The notes below the pieces were generated by a model. The model did no database searches, was not told the origin of the DNA, and saw nothing but the letters and a program-made list of their open reading frames with translations. This document shows positions 1-5,863 of a stretch of DNA of 11,379 nucleotides, piece by piece; the stretch's first letter is position 1; every line of letters begins with the position of its first letter. A program made the position numbers and the translations under genes. Source of the DNA: Candidatus Sericytochromatia bacterium (lineage in GTDB: Bacteria > Cyanobacteriota > Sericytochromatia > S15B-MN24 > JAQBPE01); NCBI GenBank assembly GCA_035285125.1, contig JAYKHR010000075.1, forward strand, positions 1-11,379, given 5' to 3'.

Positions 1-819
1 GAGCGGGAAGAACTGCCGCAGCGAGGTCGTGAGCTGGGTGTCGAGGGGCGAGCGCACGCCGAGGCCCTGGTTGCCGTAGAAGCTGCGCGCGGTGGCCCCG
101 CCGGTGGCGTCGGTGGCGGAGCCGACGAGTTCCATGTACCAGGGCACGGGCGCGAGCCAGGAGACCTCGCCGCCAAGCCCCCGGTTGCCCTCGCCGCCGA
201 AGAACTTGCCGTTGGCGAGGGGCTGGTCGACGAATTCCCAGGTGTGGGGGTGCGTGCCGTTCAGGCGCCCGAAACGCGTCAGGAACTGGCCCACACGGGC
301 CTGCATGTCGAATGGTGCCTGCAGCGAGGTGGCATAGGCCTCCTCGATCTCGACGCCGAACTGCGAGTAGACGAGGTTGCTGTCGAAGCGCCAGAAGGGA
401 TCGACGGGGGCACCGATGGCGAGCTCCAGCTGTTGCAAGTTGAACCCGTTGGCGCGCGGGTCATGGCCGCCACGCTGGTCGGGCGCCCGGCTGAAGGCCG
501 CGGCGGCGACGTCCATGATGATGGAGATGTTGGGGTTCATGTCCTGGAAGGTCCGGGACACGGCGACCATCGGCCCCGCGGCGGGGGCCGGCGGGGCCGG
601 CGCCGGGGAGGCGCCCGCCCCGCCGCCGAGCAACTGCTCGAGGTCGGCCATGTCGGCATCGGAGACGCCGGCAGGCAGCGGGCTCGGCCGGGGCGTGGGG
701 GCTGCCGCCGCGAGGCGCGGCGAGCAGGCGTCGTCCGGGTGCGCGGCGGCCGGCGCGCCGGCGGCGGCCAGGACGGTGAGGACAGCCAGGGGAATCCGGC
801 CGGCACGAGGAACGGGCAA
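1..819 (-). CDS. Zinc-regulated outer-membrane receptor/porin-like protein (family often annotated 'zinc-regulated TonB-dependent outer membrane receptor'); 5' part only, 3' end beyond the window
   Basis: Translated by hand; the frame is open from TTG at 819 to base 1 (273 codons). GGAG lies 8 nt upstream of the TTG. N-terminus MPVPRAGRIPLAVLTVLAAAGAPAAA/HPDD resembles a Sec signal peptide. A Pro/Ala linker follows, then NPNISIIMD..GGHDPRANGFNLQQLEL..VDPFWRFD..GVEIEEAY..RVGQFLTRFGRLNGTHPHTWEFVDQP..FFGGEGNRGLG..PWYME, motifs I recognise from this family. Context (ZIP gene, Zur-like box) agrees. Confidence 0.75.
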   Translation of the reverse strand, partial: MPVPRAGRIPLAVLTVLAAAGAPAAAHPDDACSPRLAAAAPTPRPSPLPAGVSDADMADLEQLLGGGAGASPAPAPPAPAAGPMVAVSRTFQDMNPNISIIMDVAAAAFSRAPDQRGGHDPRANGFNLQQLELAIGAPVDPFWRFDSNLVYSQFGVEIEEAYATSLQAPFDMQARVGQFLTRFGRLNGTHPHTWEFVDQPLANGKFFGGEGNRGLGGEVSWLAPVPWYMELVGSATDATGGATARSFYGNQGLGVRSPLDTQLTTSLRQFFPL

Positions 820-857
820 GGGGCAAACTCCGGGGCGCGACGGCGCAACAGGGGCGG

Positions 858-880
858 TTAATGCTAGTCTATTGCAATAA
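858..880. promoter_or_regulatory. Candidate Zur/Fur-family operator
   Basis: TTAATGCTA-GTCTA-TTGCAATAA is an imperfect 9-5-9 dyad (TTAwTGCwA-N5-TwGCAwTAA) containing the perfect palindrome TATTGCAATA (870-879). It is an AT-rich island in GC-rich DNA and overlaps the spacer and -10 of the receptor promoter. The regulator identity is inferred from the neighbouring genes. Confidence 0.6.
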
Positions 881-890
881 AGTCCGTCAA
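861..890 (-). promoter_or_regulatory. Sigma70-like promoter for the outer-membrane receptor gene
   Basis: Minus strand reads TTGACG (890-885), 18 nt, TAGCAT (866-861), about 40 nt upstream of the TTG start. Confidence 0.6.
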
Positions 891-1007
891 GGGGCGCGCC
901 TTGAACCGGGGTGTTCGGCGGGTTGGTGCCCGCGCCAGGGGCGGCCACCGCCCGGCTGGCCCTCGCCAGCCCGCAAAACACAAGCCCGTTGCAATCGGCA
1001 CAGCCCC
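891..1007. repeat. Long imperfect inverted repeat (rod-like hairpin, CCA loop at 945-947)
   Basis: Arm 891-944 aligns by hand with the reverse complement of 948-1007, giving about 45 pairs including two G-U. Examples: 918-928/964-974, 911-915/977-981, 907-910/985-988, 934-938/956-960, 939-944/948-953, 891-895/1003-1007. Confidence 0.6.
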
Positions 1008-1069
1008 ACCCCCCGCGCGGGCCGTCGCCGAAAACCCCGCCAGAAAGCGATCGCCCGGCGCCAGCCGCC

Positions 1070-1098
1070 TTGACGCCCCGCCCGGCGAAGCGTAGACT
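1070..1098 (+). promoter_or_regulatory. Sigma70-like promoter for the ZIP gene
   Basis: TTGACG (1070-1075), 17 nt, TAGACT (1093-1098), about 45 nt upstream of ATG 1144. Confidence 0.65.
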
Positions 1099-1119
1099 TA
1101 TTTTATAAAATTGCATTAG
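1097..1119. promoter_or_regulatory. AT-rich candidate operator over the predicted ZIP transcription start
   Basis: Contains the perfect palindrome ATTTTATAAAAT (1100-1111) and TTGCATTAG (1111-1119), which resembles the right half-site TTGCAATAA of the 858-880 box. The left half-site matches poorly. Confidence 0.4.
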
Positions 1120-1143
1120 CATGCTCTCGTGAGCAGAGGCCCC

Positions 1144-1995
1144 ATGACCCTCGACAACACCCTCGTCTACGGCCTCGTCACGGCCTCCACCACCATGGCC
1201 GGCGGCATGTGGATTGCCTCCCGGCCGCGCCGCTGGCTCACGCACGAGCGCCTCTCGGCCATGATGGCCCTGGGGGCCGGGCTCCTGCTGGCCGTGCTCT
1301 TCTTCGAGCTGCTGCCGGCCTCGCTGCACCAGGGCGACGAGGGGCGCGCGCTCATGTGGCTGTTCGGCGGCATCCTGGCCGTGATGGTGTTCGAGCGCTA
1401 CCTGGCCCCGCACCTCGACCTGATCGGCGACGAGGACGAGGCGGCCTGCGCCCACGGGCACGGGGCGCCTGACCACGATCACGACCACCACGGTCATGTC
1501 CACGGCTACGCGCAGGAGGGGGTGGCCCAGGGCGAGGTGGCGCACGCCCACCTGCTCAGCCACGGGGCGGCGTGCTCCGCGCTGGGCTGCCTGATGGTGT
1601 GCACCTTCTTCGACGGCGTGGCGATGGCTGCCGGCTTCACGCTGAACTTCAGCATCGGCCTGCTCGTGATGGTCGGGCTGCTGGCCCACATCCTGCCCGA
1701 AGGGATGCTGGCCGCGGCCGTGGTGCTGGCGGCGGGCCGCTCGAAGCGCCTGGCGCATCGCGCGGCGATCGCCACGGGCGCCGCCTTCCTGCTGGGCCTC
1801 GCGCTGCCGCTGGCGCTGGGCGGGGCCACGGGCACCCTCGGCTTCGCGCTGCCGCTGGCGGCCGGCGTGCTGCTCTACGTCGTGCTGGGGCAGCTCATCC
1901 CCGTGGCGCTGCGGACGCCGACGGGCGTGCCGCTGGTGCTGGCCGGCGCCATGCTCTTCGGGCTCGTCGAGCGCCTGCTGCCGCACAGCCACTGA
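1144..1995 (+). CDS. ZIP-family (ZupT/GufA-like) divalent metal transporter, 283 aa
   Basis: About 8 hydrophobic helices. TM2 GAGLLLAVLFFELLPAS, His/Asp-rich loop after TM3, TM4 CTFFDG, TM5 HILPEG and TM7 AAGVLLYVV..LIP follow the ZIP pattern. GAGG precedes ATG 1144; GTG 1129 is an alternative start. Confidence 0.9.
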   Translation: MTLDNTLVYGLVTASTTMAGGMWIASRPRRWLTHERLSAMMALGAGLLLAVLFFELLPASLHQGDEGRALMWLFGGILAVMVFERYLAPHLDLIGDEDEAACAHGHGAPDHDHDHHGHVHGYAQEGVAQGEVAHAHLLSHGAACSALGCLMVCTFFDGVAMAAGFTLNFSIGLLVMVGLLAHILPEGMLAAAVVLAAGRSKRLAHRAAIATGAAFLLGLALPLALGGATGTLGFALPLAAGVLLYVVLGQLIPVALRTPTGVPLVLAGAMLFGLVERLLPHSH

Positions 1996-2032
1996 GGCCG
2001 GCGGCCCGGCGTCCCCAACCAGCCTCAAGGCC

Positions 2033-3040
2033 CTAGATGGCGTGCTCCCAGTGCCACGGCTCCCAGCTCATCGGCTGGGAGAAGCCGAAGCGGTGGCCGT
2101 TGCGGCGCAGCCAGGCGTGGGCCCCGCCGTTGTTGGCGATGTCGAGCGCCTTGCCCTGCTGGTGGTTGGAGCGGCCAGGCGGCGCCACCCACTTGCGGGC
2201 CGCGGCGGCGGAGCCGTACTTGCGCAGGGCCGCGTCCCAGAGGCGTTGCTGGTGGGCGACGCTGCGGTAGCCCGAGGTGATCGCGAGGCGCACGCCGTCG
2301 CGGGCCGCGGCCTCGACCATCCGGTCCCAGTCCCGCGCGAGGGCCGCGTGCATCTGGTGGCCCTGGCGCGAGACCAGGGGGATGGAGGCCCCGGGAACCA
2401 TCTCGCCAGGGGTCGGGGGGGCCTGGTTGCCCCACGGCCGCACGCTGCCCGTGGCAGTGACGCCCAGCGCCGCCCAGGAGTCGGGCCCCACCACGCCGTC
2501 GGCCGCCAGGCCCCGTGACCGCTGGAAGGCGCGGACGGCGGCCTCCGTGAGGGGGCCGAACAGGCCGTCGAGGGGCCCCGGGTTGAAGCCGAGGTCGCGG
2601 AGGCGGGCCTGCAGCGCCCGCACCGGCTCGCCCTGCAGGCCCTGGCGGACGGCCGGGCCCTGGCTTCGGGCCGGGCGGGGGGCCTCCCAGCGGTCGCCTG
2701 CCGGCAGGGTCCAGGGCGCCGGCGGCGCCGGGGGCGGCGGGGCAGGCACCACGGGCGGGGGTAGCCCCACCGGGGCAGGGGGCGGGGGCAGGGACGGGGG
2801 AGGCAGCCCCACCGGGCCGGGGGGCTGAGGCAGGGACGCGGGGGGCGGCCAGGCGGGGCTGGCGCTGGGGGCCGCCAGCAGGCGCTCGAGCTCGGCCTGC
2901 AGGCGCTGCAGCTCGGCCCGCAGCGCGACGAGCTCCAGCTGTGCCGCCGCCGGGAGATAAGCCGGCGGCGAGGCGCCCCCGAGCCCGACGGCCCAGGCGG
3001 CCTGGCGGGGCGGTGGGCCCCACGACATCAGCCTCATCAA
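2033..3040 (-). CDS. Peptidoglycan-binding M15-family (VanY-like D-Ala-D-Ala carboxypeptidase) zinc peptidase
   Basis: PG_binding_1 signature VRALQARLRDLGFNPGPLDGLFGPLTEAAVRAFQRSRGLAADGVVGPDSW. M15 motifs SGYRS, VAPPGRSNHQQGKALD (SxHxxGxAxD) and EPWHW. AGAGGGAGAGG ends 9 nt before TTG 3040; ATG 3037 and GTG 3067 are alternative starts. Confidence 0.9.
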   Translation of the reverse strand: MMRLMSWGPPPRQAAWAVGLGGASPPAYLPAAAQLELVALRAELQRLQAELERLLAAPSASPAWPPPASLPQPPGPVGLPPPSLPPPPAPVGLPPPVVPAPPPPAPPAPWTLPAGDRWEAPRPARSQGPAVRQGLQGEPVRALQARLRDLGFNPGPLDGLFGPLTEAAVRAFQRSRGLAADGVVGPDSWAALGVTATGSVRPWGNQAPPTPGEMVPGASIPLVSRQGHQMHAALARDWDRMVEAAARDGVRLAITSGYRSVAHQQRLWDAALRKYGSAAAARKWVAPPGRSNHQQGKALDIANNGGAHAWLRRNGHRFGFSQPMSWEPWHWEHAI

Positions 3041-3160
3041 GCGTGCGTTCCTCTCCCTCTGGGACACCCGCCGGACCTCGCGACGGGGCCCCGACCCTCG
3101 GGAGTTGTCGGGCGGAAGGCCCGCGAACTTGCGTCCACCCCCGATCCGGCCTCCCGGGCA

Positions 3161-3199
3161 GGCTTAAAGCCGCTCAGGCGCGGGTAAAATGAGCCTGAG
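3161..3199 (+). promoter_or_regulatory. Candidate -10 element with flanking dyads upstream of the lipoprotein cluster
   Basis: TAAAAT at 3185-3190 sits inside the inverted repeat CTCAGGC (3173-3179)/GCCTGAG (3193-3199). GGCTT-A-AAGCC dyad at 3161-3171. No good -35. Confidence 0.35.
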
Positions 3200-3244
3200 G
3201 CCTCCACGGACGGCAGGCCCGCGCACCCCCGAGTACCAACCCCC

Positions 3245-5863
3245 ATGCGTCGTCTCCCCTGGCCCAGCGCCCTGCTGGGCGCCTTGCTACTCGCCACGGG
3301 ATGCCAGGCCGCGTTGCCCGCGAGGGCCGGGCTGGAGGCTCGGTTTGCGCTCTCGGACGGCTTCACCAACCTGACGGCCAGCAGCGTTCAGGACTGGCAG
3401 TCCAACCTCATCGCGTCCCCCGCCCTCGCTCGGGCCCGCGAGGCCGAGGTGGCGGCCCGCCGGCGGCAACGCGCCGGCCTCGCCGGGCTGAACGCGGGCC
3501 TGCCGTCGTACAGGCTCCAGACCACGTACCCGACGGTCCCGTCGGGCTGGAAGATGGGCTCGAACAGCTGGCCGGGCCTGGGCCTGAACTACATCAACGC
3601 CGCCATCACAAGCACGGAAACCGTGCCCAACGGGCTCGGCGCGTCGATCTACTGGAACGCCAACCGGCACATCTTCGCCGTCACAAGCGGGGGCCGGCTC
3701 CTGCGCTTCGACGCCAACGCCCCCGACACCACCTCCGCGGTCGTCAACCTCGACACCACCCGCACCTACAGCCGCACCGCCGTGGCCCTGAACCCGTTGG
3801 GCACTCGCGCCTACGTGCTTTCCGACTCGGGCCACTTCTTCATCGTGAATGCGGCCTCGAACGCCATGAGCGTCCTGAACAGCGCCACCACGGAGGTCGA
3901 GTCCGGCTCCGGGGCCAAGTTCCTGATGCCCGTCGTGGACCCCGTCCTCAGCGCCAGCGACGGCTCGAAGGACGTCGTCTGGGTGCCGCTCAACAACGGC
4001 CGCGTCTACAAGTACGTGATCACCAACAGCGGCACCACCAGCACCCACCCGACCCCGACGTTCTTCGTGGTCGTGCCCACCGGCACGAGCCAGATCAACA
4101 ACAGCGACCTGAGCGCCGGCATGCGCCTGGCTGCGCCCATCACGGCCCTGAACGGCCGGCTCTTCGTGGGCGACACGGCGGGCGTCTTCCACGACTACGA
4201 CACCGCCACCAGCACGGACGTCACCTACCCGCTCTCCTCGACGGCGGCGATCATGGCCCCGGCCTCGATCGAGATCGCGGACGGCAGCAGCGACTTCCAG
4301 AACATGCGGACGCACACCAACACCACCACCACGCCGACCTTCTTCACGCCGGTGTACGCCTTCGTGAGCGTGCTGCGAGACTCCGGGCCCACCTGCGCGT
4401 GGGTGAACCTCGTCGCGCGCACCGTGACCTTCTCGCGCCCGACCTTCCTCGACGACAACGACTTTTCCTCGACCAAGGAGGTCTACGGCAACGTCCACGA
4501 GTACGACTATGACGACGGCGCCGCCACGGATCTCGTCATCAAGGCCGACGCGAGCGCGGGCGGCGACGCCGTGACGTGCGTGGAGACGAGCGGCGACACG
4601 CTGCCCGGCTCAGGCTCCCCCACGACGCCCTTCTTCACGACGATGCTGACACCGGCCTCCACGGGGGCCACGCCCTCGAACGGGGGCGCCCGGGCCTTCT
4701 TCCGCTTCGAGTCGACGTCGTTGCCGAACAAGGCCGTGATCACCGGCGCCAAGCTGACGCTCACGGCCGACGCGACCGTGACCACCTACCCCCCGCGCGT
4801 GTACCGCGTCGGCAGCACCGCCGCCAATGGCTCCGGCACGGACGGCATCTACCAGCGGGGCACCACCAGCAAGTGGACGGCGACCAGCACGAACCAGCTT
4901 GACGCCGGCACCCACCCCGTCCTCTTCGACCAGGCGCGCACGGACGCCATGACGGGGGGCTCCGTCACGAGCACCACCACCTTCACGGCAGGCTCCAGCT
5001 ACGTGTTCGACGTGACGCCCCTGCTCGGCGGCCCGATCAAGCAGGGCCACTGGGCCTTTGCGCTTGGCTACGAGGGCCTGCCCACGGGCCACACCGTGGT
5101 CTACCCGGGCGGCGGCACCGTCTCGGGCAACAACTACGCGGCCCCGCAGTTCCGCAACCCCCGCGACGGAAGCAACGCGAACGTGCCGACGCTCACGATC
5201 ACCTACCGGACGCTGACAAACGCCCCCCCCACCCTGCCCCCGAACGTCACGCCGATCATCGACGCGACCCGCAAGCGGGTGTACTGCTACGACAACAACT
5301 ACATGTTCTGCCTGAACTACACCAACGCGCGGACGTGGTCCGACACCACCCGCTCGGATCTGAACACCTCGGGCTCGCCCCATATGGGCTACCAGGCAGC
5401 GTACTGGGGCCGCACGGAGGGGGCCGCCGGCACAGGCTCCATCAGCTTCCACCGCACCTGGGCCAACCCCGCCGTGGCCTACAACCTCTCGAGCTTCTAC
5501 GTCATCAGCCGGGCCCAGCGGGGCGGCGGGGCCAGCAACGGTGAGATCGCGGTCTCGCGCATCCAGCCGAACCGCACGGGCGACCAGACGACGGGCCTGG
5601 ACCTCGGCGGCACCTACGCCACGGCCTCGGGGGCCGACCGGGGCACGGCCGACACCAGCACGCCGGTGTGCACGGTGCAGAACGCGGGCGACGCTGGCTT
5701 TGGCACGCTTGGCAACGGTACCAACCCGTTTCCGCTGGCAAACGTCGTCTCGCGCCACCAGCTGATTGACCCCTACAGCAACGTCTTCTCCACGGGCGGC
5801 GACCTGTACTTCGGGCTCCAAGCCCAGACCGAGAACGTGCTGGTGCGGCTCGGCACCGAGTGA
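3245..5863 (+). CDS. Large Thr/Ser/Gly-rich predicted lipoprotein (872 aa), beta-propeller-like region plus DNRLRE-like domain
   Basis: Long ORF with mostly C/G-ending codons. Lipobox LLATG-C20 follows a basic and hydrophobic leader. Propeller-like strands (HIFAVTSGGRLLRFD, RAYVLSDSGHFFIVN, VVWVPLNNGRVYKY, RLFVGDTAGVFHDYD). RAFFRFESTSLPNKAVITGAKLTLT...VPTLTITY matches the DNRLRE-domain pattern. The ORF is secure; domain calls are by eye. Confidence 0.75.
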   Translation: MRRLPWPSALLGALLLATGCQAALPARAGLEARFALSDGFTNLTASSVQDWQSNLIASPALARAREAEVAARRRQRAGLAGLNAGLPSYRLQTTYPTVPSGWKMGSNSWPGLGLNYINAAITSTETVPNGLGASIYWNANRHIFAVTSGGRLLRFDANAPDTTSAVVNLDTTRTYSRTAVALNPLGTRAYVLSDSGHFFIVNAASNAMSVLNSATTEVESGSGAKFLMPVVDPVLSASDGSKDVVWVPLNNGRVYKYVITNSGTTSTHPTPTFFVVVPTGTSQINNSDLSAGMRLAAPITALNGRLFVGDTAGVFHDYDTATSTDVTYPLSSTAAIMAPASIEIADGSSDFQNMRTHTNTTTTPTFFTPVYAFVSVLRDSGPTCAWVNLVARTVTFSRPTFLDDNDFSSTKEVYGNVHEYDYDDGAATDLVIKADASAGGDAVTCVETSGDTLPGSGSPTTPFFTTMLTPASTGATPSNGGARAFFRFESTSLPNKAVITGAKLTLTADATVTTYPPRVYRVGSTAANGSGTDGIYQRGTTSKWTATSTNQLDAGTHPVLFDQARTDAMTGGSVTSTTTFTAGSSYVFDVTPLLGGPIKQGHWAFALGYEGLPTGHTVVYPGGGTVSGNNYAAPQFRNPRDGSNANVPTLTITYRTLTNAPPTLPPNVTPIIDATRKRVYCYDNNYMFCLNYTNARTWSDTTRSDLNTSGSPHMGYQAAYWGRTEGAAGTGSISFHRTWANPAVAYNLSSFYVISRAQRGGGASNGEIAVSRIQPNRTGDQTTGLDLGGTYATASGADRGTADTSTPVCTVQNAGDAGFGTLGNGTNPFPLANVVSRHQLIDPYSNVFSTGGDLYFGLQAQTENVLVRLGTE

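Noticed and set aside
92..880. Plus-strand ORFs 92-337, 244-861, 377-880 and short minus ORFs 279-473, 461-826, 537-848
   Set aside because: Shadow or off-frame ORFs of the real minus-strand gene 1-819, which has a signal peptide, an SD and family motifs.
829..941. Fragments resembling CRISPR repeats (GTCGCGCCCC on minus at 833-842; CCCGCGCCAG at 929-938)
   Set aside because: Single partial matches, no repeat-spacer periodicity and no cas genes.
861..1108. Three short plus-strand ORFs in the divergent intergenic region
   Set aside because: Arg/Pro/Ala-biased, no clear SD, and overlapping both promoter regions.
2033..3040. Vancomycin-resistance vanY or prophage endolysin
   Set aside because: No van cluster, holin or phage genes in the window; M15 domains are widespread outside those contexts.
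3287..5821. Long antisense and off-frame ORFs (3287-4498, 3301-4512, 4610-5821)
   Set aside because: Typical high-GC shadows of the 872-aa gene with no recognisable motifs.
3245..5863. Lower apparent GC of the 872-aa gene as a sign of horizontal transfer
   Set aside because: Third positions remain mostly C/G. The shift is explained by Thr/Asn/Tyr-rich composition, and there are no flanking mobility signals.
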